From a virus (Duplodnaviria > Caudoviricetes), in IMG/VR virus record IMGVR_UViG_3300033067_000848, positions 1-29,202 of that record: DNA of 29,202 nt; one strand, given 5' to 3'. Below the pieces are notes generated by a model, which was not told the origin of the DNA, did not search any database, and saw only the letters and a list, made by a program, of their open reading frames with translations. The position numbers and the translations under genes were made by a program. This document shows, piece after piece, positions 7,999-17,382 of this stretch (its first letter is position 1; the number at the start of each line of letters is the position of its first letter).

Positions 7999-8502
7999 AT
8001 GGCATTGCGTGGCGACTTCGACAAGCTCGAGCGGATCGTTTCGACGGTCGACGCGCTCGCGCGCGGTCGCATCACGCAAGCGCTGAAGCGGCAAGCCGGC
8101 GAAGCGGCGCTGACCGAGCTTCGGCGAGGCTTCCGCCGCTCGCGCGATCCGTACGGGAAAGCGTGGGAAGAGCTCGCGATCCGGCCGGGCGTGCCTCTTC
8201 GTGACACCGGTCGGCTTGCGAACAGCTTCAGTTTGCAGATCACGCCGAACGGCTTCGCGATCGGAACCCCGATCGAGTACGCGCACGTGCATCAGTACGG
8301 CGCGACGATCGTCCCCGTGCGCGCGCCCCTGCTTCGGTTCAAGGTTCGCGGCGTGGGTTGGTTCTCGCTGAAGAAGGCGACGATCCCCGCGCGCAAGATG
8401 CTCCCCGAGGGCGACTCGCTCGGGACTTGGCGCGACCCCATCGCCGAAGCTCTCGGCGACGCGTGGGAGCGTCTTTGGAAGAACGGCGGCGGGAAGGAGT
8501 GA
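7999..8502 (+). CDS. Virion morphogenesis protein (Mu gpG/P2 gpS family)
   Basis: DPYGKAW, LRDTGRLANS, GTPIEYAHVHQYG, IPARKML. Confidence 0.9.
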   Translation: MALRGDFDKLERIVSTVDALARGRITQALKRQAGEAALTELRRGFRRSRDPYGKAWEELAIRPGVPLRDTGRLANSFSLQITPNGFAIGTPIEYAHVHQYGATIVPVRAPLLRFKVRGVGWFSLKKATIPARKMLPEGDSLGTWRDPIAEALGDAWERLWKNGGGKE

Positions 8503-8505
8503 GCG

Positions 8506-9054
8506 ATGGCGACGACTTCACATGTGCGAGCCTTCCGGGAAGCGGTCGCCGCGAAGCTCGCGAACGTCGCCCCGACGGTCAGCGAAGAGCGCGGGCGCGC
8601 CGAGCATGGTCGCCCGCCTCGGTTCGGATGGAAGACGATCGGCGCCGAGGGCGACACGGCGAAGCGTCCGAAGGTGAACGGCGGAGCGTCGCCGACCTCG
8701 GGCGTCGATCTGGTCTCCTTCGAGGTCGAGGTGTGGGGTCCGACGGAAGACGCGGCGTGGCTCATGCGCGGCGCGCTCTTCACCGCTCTTCGCGACGTGA
8801 CCGACGCATCGTTCAAGGTCGGCGCGACGAGCGTCGCCCCCGAGCCCGTAAACGATGACGGGTACGTGTTGCTCGTCGTCTTCTCGGTCTCGCTCGCGAG
8901 CCCCGAGATCGTGATCCCGATCCTCCCCGTCGATCCGAACAACTTCGACCTGTCGCCGCTCGCGATCGAAGAAGTCGAGATCGAAGGGGTAGACGTCGAC
9001 GATACCGAAGCCGCCCCGGGCGACGGGACGCTTCACTTGCCCGAAGGGAAATAG
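8506..9054 (+). CDS. Putative tail terminator/completion protein
   Basis: Size, position before the sheath, FEVEVWG strand, acidic C-terminus. Confidence 0.5.
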   Translation: MATTSHVRAFREAVAAKLANVAPTVSEERGRAEHGRPPRFGWKTIGAEGDTAKRPKVNGGASPTSGVDLVSFEVEVWGPTEDAAWLMRGALFTALRDVTDASFKVGATSVAPEPVNDDGYVLLVVFSVSLASPEIVIPILPVDPNNFDLSPLAIEEVEIEGVDVDDTEAAPGDGTLHLPEGK

Positions 9055-9059
9055 CAGCC

Positions 9060-9314
9060 ATGAAGAAGACCGTCGAAGCGTGGATCGAGGAGAAGAAGAT
9101 CGACCCGATGATCGCCGCCGCCGCGCGCGCGTTTCATGGCTGGCCGATCGGGCTCGAGCTCGAGGAAGACGCCTTCACGAAGGCGATCGATGCGGGCGCG
9201 AAGGCGACCCGCCTCGGTTCGGCGCGCGAGCTCGACGAGCCCGCCGACGACAGCGACGAGACCGCGGGCGACTCGCCCGCCATGGACACCGCGGTCGACG
9301 CGGGGAAGGAGTGA
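9060..9314 (+). CDS. Small acidic hypothetical protein of the tail module
   Basis: ORF filling the gap before the sheath gene; phage-like codon usage. Confidence 0.6.
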   Translation: MKKTVEAWIEEKKIDPMIAAAARAFHGWPIGLELEEDAFTKAIDAGAKATRLGSARELDEPADDSDETAGDSPAMDTAVDAGKE

Positions 9315-9320
9315 TCGATC

Positions 9321-10772
9321 ATGGGTATCCCGCGCACCGACGAGACTTTTCAGGATGGAAACCTCGCGTTCGCGACCGGCGACAGCGCGATCGACGTGCT
9401 GATCGTCGGCGCCTGCTCCGGAGGGACGCAGCACCAGCTGTACGTCTGGACGGACCCCGAGGCCCCCTTCAACGACTGTGATCAGGGCGACGCCCTCGAG
9501 CTCGCCGCCTTCGTGCTCGAGGCGGTCGGCGGTCGCGTCTTCTTCGTGAAGCCCGTCCTCACGGCCGAGACCGGACCGATCACGATCACGCAACCCTCGG
9601 GCCCGCCGCCCGTCGTCGCGTCGACCGGCAACCCGAAGACCGCCAGCGAAGGGATCATTGAGATCGTCGCTGGCGGAGCGATCGGGGTGTCGACCTTCCG
9701 CTACTCGATCGACGGCGGCGACACTTGGTCGCCGACGTATGCCACGGTCGCGAGCTTCACGGGATTGGTCGCCCGCCTCGGGATGACCTTCACGTTCGCG
9801 GCGGGGACCTACGTCGCCGGCGATCGGTACACCTTCACCACGAAGGGGCCGACCTACGACGCGACCGCCCTCGGGAACGCGATCGATGCGGTGAAGAGCG
9901 GTCCGTATTCGTGGCGTCTGATCTTCCCCGTCGGTCAGGTCGCCGGGGCGAGCGACGCTCTCAAGTCCTCGGCGGCGGCGGCTCTCGCGGCGGCGATCCA
10001 GACGAAGCTCGACGCCCTCGCGACGAGCGATAAGCTCTTCATGCGAGCGATCATGGAAGGTCCCGACGTCGCGAACGATGCGACCGGCGACGCGGCGATC
10101 GTGACGGCTTTCGCCTCGACGGCCGCGCCCCGCGTCGTCATGGGCGCCGACTTCGCCGAGATCCGATCGCCGGCGAACGGCGGGATCTTCAAGCGAAGCG
10201 CGGCGTGGGCGATCCTCGCCCGCGTGCTCGGCGCGCGCGGCGGGATCAGCGAAGACGCGGGCGAGGTCGGCGAGACGTTCCAGGGGCGTCTCCCGAGCTC
10301 GGTCACGTCGATCCGTCGGAACGAAGCGGCGCGACAGGGTCTGAACGACGCGAGGATCGCGACGCTTCGCACGCACCGCCGGGCGCCCAGCTTCTACGTG
10401 ACGAAGGCGAAGACGCTCGCCGCCCTCGGCTCGGATCTCGAGCTCCTTCAGCACGCGATGATCATCGATCGCGGGCTCGAGGTCGCCTCGCTCGAGGCGC
10501 TGAAGCTCCTCAACAAGAAGCAGCGCGTCAACGCGACCGGAACGATCTACGAGACCGATGCTCTCGTGATCGAGCGGAAGATCACGACGGCGCTCGAGTC
10601 GGCCCTCTTGAACGAGGGTCACGTGACCGAGGTCGTCGTGAAGGTCGATCGTACGTGGAACGTCCTCTCTTCGAAGAGGCTCAAGCTCTCGATCTCGCTG
10701 CGCCCGTACGGGTACCCCGAGATCGTGTCGACGACCCTCGGCTTCGCGGCGCTCGTCGCGCGCGCGGCGTGA
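9321..10772 (+). CDS. Contractile tail sheath protein (DUF2586-like)
   Basis: 483 aa; LNDARIATLRT, VKVDRTWNVL...LKLSISLRPYGYPEIVSTTLGF C-terminus; precedes the tube gene. Confidence 0.88.
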   Translation: MGIPRTDETFQDGNLAFATGDSAIDVLIVGACSGGTQHQLYVWTDPEAPFNDCDQGDALELAAFVLEAVGGRVFFVKPVLTAETGPITITQPSGPPPVVASTGNPKTASEGIIEIVAGGAIGVSTFRYSIDGGDTWSPTYATVASFTGLVARLGMTFTFAAGTYVAGDRYTFTTKGPTYDATALGNAIDAVKSGPYSWRLIFPVGQVAGASDALKSSAAAALAAAIQTKLDALATSDKLFMRAIMEGPDVANDATGDAAIVTAFASTAAPRVVMGADFAEIRSPANGGIFKRSAAWAILARVLGARGGISEDAGEVGETFQGRLPSSVTSIRRNEAARQGLNDARIATLRTHRRAPSFYVTKAKTLAALGSDLELLQHAMIIDRGLEVASLEALKLLNKKQRVNATGTIYETDALVIERKITTALESALLNEGHVTEVVVKVDRTWNVLSSKRLKLSISLRPYGYPEIVSTTLGFAALVARAA

Positions 10773-10788
10773 AAGGAGACCGCGAACC

Positions 10789-11238
10789 ATGGCTGACTTC
10801 CTGATCAACGGAGTGACGCAGGACTACAGCTCGATCGAGCTGATGATCGGGCCCGTGGGGTACGAACCCCGCATCACCGAGATCAGCTACAAGACCGCGC
10901 TGAAGTCGAAAAAGGTGTTCGGCACGCCCCGCAAGGCGGTCGGACGGACGGGCGGCTTCGAAGAGCCCGAGGCCTCGATTACGTTCTTGAAGGCGGCGTG
11001 GGACGAGCTCGTCGCGAAGCTCGGCGACGGCTTCGGGCTCGTCGAATTCGACATCCTGATCACGTACCGCAAGCGTGGATCGGGGACGTACACGACCGAC
11101 ACCTTGATCGGTTGCCGGATCGAGGAGTCCGATCTCTCCCCGGCGCAAGGCGAAGACGCCCTGACGGTGAAGGTCGGTCTCTCGGTCATGCGGATCAAGT
11201 GGAACGGGAAGGAGATCGCCGACAATCAGGTCGGCTGA
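10789..11238 (+). CDS. Tail tube protein
   Basis: 149 aa after sheath; INGVTQDYSSIEL, ITEISYK, VGRTGG, TDTLIGCRI. Confidence 0.85.
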   Translation: MADFLINGVTQDYSSIELMIGPVGYEPRITEISYKTALKSKKVFGTPRKAVGRTGGFEEPEASITFLKAAWDELVAKLGDGFGLVEFDILITYRKRGSGTYTTDTLIGCRIEESDLSPAQGEDALTVKVGLSVMRIKWNGKEIADNQVG

Positions 11239-11260
11239 AGTCCTCACCACGTGATCACTT

Positions 11261-11306
11261 CGAAGGCCTCGGGGCGCGTCGAGCTCCTCGAGGCCTTCGG
11301 CTTTCC
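11261..11306 (+). terminator. Putative intrinsic terminator after the tube gene
   Basis: CGAAGGCCTCG...CGAGGCCTTCG perfect 11-bp stem followed by a weak GCTTTCC tail. Confidence 0.55.
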
Positions 11307-11317
11307 GGGCGCCCCCG

Positions 11318-11346
11318 TAGCGCGAGCTCGCCGCACGGGATAGCTT
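11318..11346 (+). promoter_or_regulatory. Putative promoter TAGCGC-N17-TAGCTT
   Basis: Directly after the terminator; same motif family as 296, 4086 and 20423. Confidence 0.55.
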
Positions 11347-11430
11347 CGGGGGTGCGGGCGCGAGCTCGTCGCCGAGCGGGGCACTTGCCCTGCCCCCTCG
11401 GCGCCCTTCACCCCCCGAGCTCGGGCAAGC
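11347..11430 (+). ncRNA. Candidate structured leader RNA with possible pseudoknot
   Basis: Nested stems plus a 7-nt loop CTTGCCC complementary to downstream GGGCAAG. Confidence 0.35.
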
Positions 11431-11450
11431 GAGAACGGGAAGAGGCCAGC

Positions 11451-11942
11451 ATGATCAGCGCAAGCGAGAACGAAGAGCGGACGGGATCGGAATTCGAAGA
11501 GCGAGGCGAGGGCGCACAGACCGCGGTCAGCGTCGAGGAGCTCGAGGGGCTCGGGAAGTCGAAGAAGGGCTTGCTCGACGCCTTCCCCGAGCCTCGCCGG
11601 CGACGCATCGCCGGGGCGATCGCCGCCGTGCGATCGAAGTCGCCGGGGATCGAGCTTTGGCACATGGGAAGCCCGCCCGACGAAGACGAAGCGGCGGTGT
11701 GGGATGTGATCCTGCGTTGCCCGAACGAGCACGAATTCGCCGAGTGCGTCGGGAAGAGCGCCGACAAGAAATCGAAGAGCCCCGAGGCCATGAAGCGTCT
11801 CGCGTTCCAGGTCGTCATGTTCCCGAGCGTCGAGGGCTTCCGAGAGCTCTCGTCTCGTCGCCCCGGGCTCCCCCTGAAGATCGCGAGCGACGCGCTCGCG
11901 ATCGCGAGCGAAGAGGAGCCCGACTTCGCGCGAAAAGTGTGA
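11451..11942 (+). CDS. Tail assembly chaperone (alternative in-frame GTG at 11352)
   Basis: Between tube and tape measure; SD-like GGGAAGAGG; VILRCPN...VMFPS...RRPGL...LAIA..EEPDFARKV. Confidence 0.75.
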   Translation: MISASENEERTGSEFEERGEGAQTAVSVEELEGLGKSKKGLLDAFPEPRRRRIAGAIAAVRSKSPGIELWHMGSPPDEDEAAVWDVILRCPNEHEFAECVGKSADKKSKSPEAMKRLAFQVVMFPSVEGFRELSSRRPGLPLKIASDALAIASEEEPDFARKV

Positions 11943-12094
11943 TCGACCCGATCAGGCGCGCGCAGCGGGAACCCCTGCTCGGAACCGAGGCCATCCTCGC
12001 TCTCTTCACCCCCGACGGTGAACCGGCGATGCGAAGACTCGGGGCCAGCCTGATCTGGTCGGCGATCGCGACCATGTTCGTAGAGAAGAAGTGA
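11939..12094 (+). CDS. Second tail chaperone ORF (lambda T-like), expressed by -1 frameshift or coupled GTG start
   Basis: -1 frame open across CGA AAA GTG TGA and ending just before the tape-measure SD. Confidence 0.55.
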   Translation: MIDPIRRAQREPLLGTEAILALFTPDGEPAMRRLGASLIWSAIATMFVEKK

Positions 12095-12107
12095 AGGAGC
12101 GGGAGCC

Positions 12108-13949
12108 ATGGCACGAGATCGGATGCAGTTCATTCTGGAATTGATCGACCGTGCCTCGGCTCCCGCTCGTCGCGTGTCGGGCGCGCTGAAGGACACCCGG
12201 AAGTGGCTCTTCGCGGCGAGGAAGGAAGCGGACACCGGTCGCTTCATGAAGTCGCGATGGTCCGCCCTGAAGGATGCGGGCGCGGGCTTCGGGAAGTTCG
12301 CGAGCGGCGCGAAGGCGGCGGTCTCGGCGATCGCGAAGCTCGGCGCGGTAGGCCTCGGGGTGCTGACGACGGCCGGCGGGCTCGCGATCGCGGGCGCGGT
12401 ATGGGCGGCGGACGTGATCGCGTTCAAGGACCAAAGCTTCTCGGCGATGTCCGCCTTCCTGAAGAGCGAGACCGCCGCGAAGGGGATCTACGATCGCACG
12501 CTCGCGATCGCCGCCTACCTTCGGATCAACGGGCGCGACGCGCTCGAGGGCGTCAATCAGCTTCTCGGCGCGGGCATCGAAGCCGAGAAGGCGATGCAGC
12601 TCTTCCAGGCCTCGCTCGACCTGAAGGCGCTGAAGGGAGCAGACCCGAAGGCGCTCGCGACGATCCTCGGGCAGATCAAGGCGAAGGGGAAGCTTCAGAC
12701 CGAGGAGCTTCTTCAGCTCGCCGAGTCGGGCGGTCTCGGGGTCGACAAAGTGCAGGAAGCCCTCGGCGGTCTCATGGGGATCGACATCACCGCGAAGAGC
12801 GGGATGGACAAGCTGACGAAGGCGCTTCAGGGCGGAGCAGTCGACAGCGCGACCGCTCTCGACGCGGTGCTGATCGCGATTCAGAAGATGACCGGCAAGG
12901 GGCTCGGTCAATTCGCGGCGGCGGGGCGCAACTCCCTCGGCTCGATCATCGAGGGCTTCAAGTCGCTTCCCGAGCTCCTCATGCTGGAGGCGGACACCTC
13001 GGGACTGAAGCCGCTTCTCGACTGGGCGGGGAAGCTCCTCGACGCGCTGAATCCGACGACCGACGAGGGGAAGCGACTGATCGCAATGGTCTCGCAACTC
13101 GCGAGCGAGATCGGCGGGTCAGCGCTGACGAAGCTCGATCCCGGGAAGCTCGTCGCCGATCTCGTCGAGCTCGTCGGAACGGTGATCAAGCTCTCGAAGG
13201 CCTTCGGCTCGGGCGCCTTCGGAACGTTCTTCGACATGATGAAGCCGCTCGTCGACCTCTTCGGGAAGGCGAACGGCGGCGCGGGCGCGATGGAAGAGCG
13301 GATGCGGATGCTCGGGCAAGCCGCGGGCGCGGTCGCCGGCGCTCTCATGTACGTCGGTCTCGTGATCGCTGCGATCGTGGTCGGGGTGTACACGTTGGGG
13401 AAGGGCGTGCTCGCGGTCGTCGATTGGATCGCGAAGCAGATCGCGCTGCTCCCCGATACCGTCGCCGCCGTGATCACTTGGTTCAAGAACCTTGGAACCA
13501 ACATCGTGAACGGTATCTGGGCTGGCATCGTGGGCGCGTGGGAGGGGCTGAAGAAGGGTTGGAACGCACTGATCGCGCAACTCCCCGCGAACGTCGCCGA
13601 GAAGCTTCAGATCAAGTCGCCCTCGCGCGTCATGGAAAAGCTCGGCGTGTACACGATCCAAGGCTTCACGAAGGGGATCGAGTCGAACGACAACGGGGCC
13701 TCGCCGGCGAACGCGATCGCGCAAGTCGCCGCCGCCGCTCCCGCCGCCGTGGCCACGGTCGCCCCCTCGGGAGCTCGAGCGAGCGCGGGCGGCTCGGGCG
13801 CCATCGTGATCAACGTGAACGTCCAGGTCGTCGCCGCGCCCGGCATGTCGCCGAGCGAAGCGAGCGCGATCGGCGAGGCCGCGGGCAACGCGGCGGCTTC
13901 GCAGATCGCCGACGTGCTCGAGGATCTTCGGAAGCAGGTCGCCGCATGA
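12108..13949 (+). CDS. Tape measure protein (613 aa)
   Basis: FILELIDRASAPAR N-terminus, LGQIKAKGKLQTEELLQLAESG, LQIKSPSRVM; Ala/Gly-rich helices. Confidence 0.92.
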   Translation: MARDRMQFILELIDRASAPARRVSGALKDTRKWLFAARKEADTGRFMKSRWSALKDAGAGFGKFASGAKAAVSAIAKLGAVGLGVLTTAGGLAIAGAVWAADVIAFKDQSFSAMSAFLKSETAAKGIYDRTLAIAAYLRINGRDALEGVNQLLGAGIEAEKAMQLFQASLDLKALKGADPKALATILGQIKAKGKLQTEELLQLAESGGLGVDKVQEALGGLMGIDITAKSGMDKLTKALQGGAVDSATALDAVLIAIQKMTGKGLGQFAAAGRNSLGSIIEGFKSLPELLMLEADTSGLKPLLDWAGKLLDALNPTTDEGKRLIAMVSQLASEIGGSALTKLDPGKLVADLVELVGTVIKLSKAFGSGAFGTFFDMMKPLVDLFGKANGGAGAMEERMRMLGQAAGAVAGALMYVGLVIAAIVVGVYTLGKGVLAVVDWIAKQIALLPDTVAAVITWFKNLGTNIVNGIWAGIVGAWEGLKKGWNALIAQLPANVAEKLQIKSPSRVMEKLGVYTIQGFTKGIESNDNGASPANAIAQVAAAAPAAVATVAPSGARASAGGSGAIVINVNVQVVAAPGMSPSEASAIGEAAGNAAASQIADVLEDLRKQVAA

Positions 13950-14614
13950 AGCAAGTGCCGTACTGGTACGACGATCCGGTCTCGTGGGATGCCCTTTACA
14001 TCACTGGTCACACCGCGCCCGGGATCGTCGAGGACATCCAAGTCGCGCGCGGGTACCGCGTGGACAAGAAGGAAGGCGGGGGCGTCGACGGCGGCGTGAT
14101 CACGTTCAAGGGGAAGAAGCTCCCCGACGTGACGATCCGACTCAAGCTATGGACGCGCAATCACCTGACGAAGCTCGGGCAGCTGCTCTTCTCGATCTAC
14201 GAGAAGAAGACGAACGGCGAAGCCTTCGACATGGTGCACCCCGTGCTCGCGATGAACGGGATCCAAGCGCTGACGGTCGAGGACACGAAAGGACCGACGA
14301 AGCCCGTCGACGGGATCGTCTTCTTCGAGCTTCATTGCAACGTGCACGCGCCCCCGCCGCCGCTACCGAAGGGCGACGCGACGAAGACCCCGACGGCGAA
14401 GGGCGCGGGGACGGCGGGCTTCACGGTCGAGGACTCGATCCTTCTCGACTCGCTGAAGGCGGAGCGCGCGAAGCTCGCCGCCGCTGGGAAGTCGACATCG
14501 CAGATCGACGAGCGGATCTACAATCTCGAGCAACGGCAAAAGGCGGCGAGCATGCCTCGAGAGACTCAAAGCTTCATCGGTCCGCCCTCGGCGCCCCCTC
14601 TTCCGAAGCCGTGA
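13946..14614 (+). CDS. Tail tube initiator/baseplate-proximal protein
   Basis: ATGA overlap with tape-measure stop; MKQVPYWYDDPVSWD...FDMVHPVLAMNGI; synteny. Confidence 0.65.
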   Translation: MKQVPYWYDDPVSWDALYITGHTAPGIVEDIQVARGYRVDKKEGGGVDGGVITFKGKKLPDVTIRLKLWTRNHLTKLGQLLFSIYEKKTNGEAFDMVHPVLAMNGIQALTVEDTKGPTKPVDGIVFFELHCNVHAPPPPLPKGDATKTPTAKGAGTAGFTVEDSILLDSLKAERAKLAAAGKSTSQIDERIYNLEQRQKAASMPRETQSFIGPPSAPPLPKP

Positions 14615-14627
14615 AGGAGCCCCCCTC

Positions 14628-15293
14628 GTGTCCCTCGTGACCATGAACGGCGAAGCGGTGATCTCGGCCGAGCTCACCTTCCCGCGTGTCGGCGCGTGGC
14701 TCGGTCAGATCGTGGTGCAGTCCTCGGCGGGCGTCGCCCTCGGCGCGGGGACCCTGAAGATCGGGAGCTCGTCGATCTCGGCTTGCGTCTACTCGAGGGG
14801 CTTCTTCCAGGGGCGCGCGGTCGCCCTGATCGTCGGCGGGAAGTCGGGGAAGCTCGGGACGACGGTCACCCCGTACGCCTTCCGCCCGTCGCCCGTGCGC
14901 ACGCTCCTCGAGCACGCCCTGACCGAGCTCGGCGAGGCGCTCTCGCCCTCGAGCGACGTCGCCACGGTCGGCGCCTTCCTACCCCGCTGGACGCGCCCGG
15001 CGAGGTCGGGCGGCGCCGAGCTCGCGGCGCTCGCCGAGCTCTCGGGATCGTCGTGGCGCTTCCTCGACGACGGCTCGATCTGGTTTGGTCCCGACACCTT
15101 CCCCGCCTTCACGCTCCCCGATCGGATCGTGCAAGGCGACGACCCCGCGCGGCGGCGGATGATCCTCTCGGGATCGCTCGTCCACACCTTGCGGCCGGGC
15201 GTCACCTTCGAGGGGCGGCGAATCGGGACCGTCGCCCTTCGCGTTGCGCCCGGGGCGATTCGAGCAGAGGTGAGCTATGCCATCGACCCCTGA
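14628..15293 (+). CDS. Baseplate hub protein (Mu gp44/P2 gpD-like)
   Basis: SD GAAGGAG; PRVGAW, SWRFLDDGSIWFG, LRPG; synteny. Confidence 0.65.
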   Translation: MSLVTMNGEAVISAELTFPRVGAWLGQIVVQSSAGVALGAGTLKIGSSSISACVYSRGFFQGRAVALIVGGKSGKLGTTVTPYAFRPSPVRTLLEHALTELGEALSPSSDVATVGAFLPRWTRPARSGGAELAALAELSGSSWRFLDDGSIWFGPDTFPAFTLPDRIVQGDDPARRRMILSGSLVHTLRPGVTFEGRRIGTVALRVAPGAIRAEVSYAIDP

Positions 15294-15807
15294 AGAGCTG
15301 AACCGCATCGCCGAGGCCTTCCGCGCCCTCGTTCGCGCCTTCTCGAAGCGCTTCGAGCTCTTCGGGACCTTCGGGGTGAAGCTGATTCGTCAACTCGCCG
15401 ACGGGACCTTCGAGGAACGCCCCGACGACCCGACGATCCCCGGCGACACGAAGGTCCCGTACTTGGTCGGGCTCCCCGGCTTCAGGGTGAAGGTTCCGAA
15501 CGGTGCTCGAGGCGCCCTCGCCTTCCTGCACGGGGAACGGATGATCCCGCCGACGCCAGTCGTCGCCGGCTTCGACGCGGGCGGTCCCGTGACCGAGGTA
15601 GCGTTCGACGGCGGGACGAAGCCCGTCGCGCGAGTCGACGACACCGTGAACGTTGGACGCCTTCTCGTCGTGACGACGAGCGGCAACGTTACCGCGATCA
15701 CGTACTTTGCCCCGGGCGTCGCTCTCCCCGACCCTCTTCCCGCGGGCGGTGTCGCGATCTCGCTCTCGGGCGTGATCTCGTCGGGGTGCTCGAAGCTGAA
15801 GGCTTGA
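15277..15807 (+). CDS. Baseplate central spike protein (Mu gp45/P2 gpV-like)
   Basis: OB-like N-terminus (VPYLVGLPG..VPNGARGALAFLHGE), C-terminal KPVARVDD...GVISSG. Confidence 0.7.
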   Translation: MPSTPEELNRIAEAFRALVRAFSKRFELFGTFGVKLIRQLADGTFEERPDDPTIPGDTKVPYLVGLPGFRVKVPNGARGALAFLHGERMIPPTPVVAGFDAGGPVTEVAFDGGTKPVARVDDTVNVGRLLVVTTSGNVTAITYFAPGVALPDPLPAGGVAISLSGVISSGCSKLKA

Positions 15808-15828
15808 CGAGATAGGCTCGTCTCTGCC

Positions 15829-16248
15829 ATGGCGAGCCCCGACTACGGAACCGACATCAGCACGTTCTTCGGCGACGGGCCCGAGGGTCCCGACCTCGAT
15901 CCCAACTTCCGAACGATCGAAGGCTACCGCGTGATCGGCGAGGCGGTGCTCCGCCGTTGGACGCAGCGACGCGAAGAGCTGATCGAAGACCCCGAGGCGG
16001 GCGAAGACGTGCGCGGGTTGCTGAACGCGAAGACGACTCGCTCCCGCCTCTTCAACAAGCAGATCGCGCTCGAGGGCGAAGCCGAGAAGGACGAACGCGT
16101 CCGATCGTGTTCCGTGCTGATCACGACGAGCGACGACGGGAAGGTGTTGAAGATCCGCGGGACGATCTACCCCGTTACCGGCGGACCGTTCACCGTCGTG
16201 ATCGACCCCGAGACCCTGACCCCCGAGATCCTCGACGGGATCCGCTGA
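15829..16248 (+). CDS. Baseplate wedge/sheath initiator (gp25/Mu gp46-like)
   Basis: EAVLRRWTQRR, GEDVRGLL, EAEKDERV; precedes baseplate J. Confidence 0.75.
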   Translation: MASPDYGTDISTFFGDGPEGPDLDPNFRTIEGYRVIGEAVLRRWTQRREELIEDPEAGEDVRGLLNAKTTRSRLFNKQIALEGEAEKDERVRSCSVLITTSDDGKVLKIRGTIYPVTGGPFTVVIDPETLTPEILDGIR

Positions 16249-16263
16249 CCGAAGGAGATCGCG

Positions 16264-17379
16264 ATGCCTGCTCCGACCGCCGCCGAATTGCTTACCCTGC
16301 TGACCGAGGATCAGCTTCGCGCGAAGCTCCTTTCCTACTGCTCCTCGAGCGGCTTCCCGGTGTCGTCGTGGGCGTCGACGAGCGTCCCTCGAGCGCTGAT
16401 CGCCGGCGACGTCGCATGCCACAAGGTGCTGACCGATCAAGTGCCCGAGATCGTGAAGGGCGGAACGCTCCGCGACGCGTCGGGCGCGTGGCTCGATCTT
16501 CGACTGACCGACTACGGAAAGGGCGCCGCGCGCATCGCCGCGAAGACGACGATCCGGAAGCTTCGACTGACCGACGTCGGCGGAGGTCCGCTCCCGCTGA
16601 CGAAGGACGCGGTGATCGTCGAGACCGCGGCGGGCTTGCGTTACTACTTGAACGCGAACGTCACGGTCCCGGGCGGCGGCGGCTTCGTGGATGCCGACTT
16701 CCGAGCCGAGCTCGCCGGCGAGGCCTACAACGCGAGCACGTCGGGCTGGTCCTTCGTGACGTCGATCCCCGGCGTGTCGATCTCCGAACCGGCGATCACG
16801 TTCACCGTGCAGGGCGCCGACGAAGAGAAGGACGACAGCGCGAAGCAGCGCGCGCAAGCGCAATGGCCAGGGCTCGGCGGCGGGGCGAACGATGACGTGT
16901 ACACGAAATGGGCGAAGGAAGCGGCGCCCGGTGACGTGGTGAAGGTCGCCGTCAAGAGGCACTACCCCGCGCCCGGTCAGGTCTCGCTCGCCCTCGGCGG
17001 AACGTCCGCCCCCGTCGCCGGCGGTGTCGCGACCGCGGTGCAATCGTACATCGCCCCGCGCGCGCCGAATTGCATCGACGCCTTCGCTTCCCCCGCTGTC
17101 GTGCGAGCGATCGACGTCTTCGGAACGTGCTACGTGCTCGCCGCCGAGCTCGCGAACGCGCAAGCGAAGGGGCTCGCGGCGATCGCGTCGCTCGAGGCCT
17201 CGCTGCCGATCGGTGCGGCGCTCCCGCTCGACCTGATCACGAAGGCTCTTCGCGCGGGGATGTCCGACGACCCGCGGAACGACGTCGACGTCTCCTCGCC
17301 TCTGAGCGACTTCGCGGCGGGCGCATGGAACGAGCAGATCACGATCGATGCATCGTCGGTCGTCTGGACGGCGGTCTGA
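16264..17379 (+). CDS. Baseplate J/Mu gp47-like protein
   Basis: ASGAWLDL, AELAGEAYN, GADEEKDD, DVYTKWAKE, PGQV. Confidence 0.9.
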   Translation: MPAPTAAELLTLLTEDQLRAKLLSYCSSSGFPVSSWASTSVPRALIAGDVACHKVLTDQVPEIVKGGTLRDASGAWLDLRLTDYGKGAARIAAKTTIRKLRLTDVGGGPLPLTKDAVIVETAAGLRYYLNANVTVPGGGGFVDADFRAELAGEAYNASTSGWSFVTSIPGVSISEPAITFTVQGADEEKDDSAKQRAQAQWPGLGGGANDDVYTKWAKEAAPGDVVKVAVKRHYPAPGQVSLALGGTSAPVAGGVATAVQSYIAPRAPNCIDAFASPAVVRAIDVFGTCYVLAAELANAQAKGLAAIASLEASLPIGAALPLDLITKALRAGMSDDPRNDVDVSSPLSDFAAGAWNEQITIDASSVVWTAV

Positions 17380-17382
17380 GCC

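Noticed and set aside
12203-13945. N-terminal 580 codons of the 803-aa alternative-frame ORF overlapping the tape measure gene
   Set aside because: Arg/Gly-rich off-frame sequence; only the part from ATG 13946 looks like a real protein
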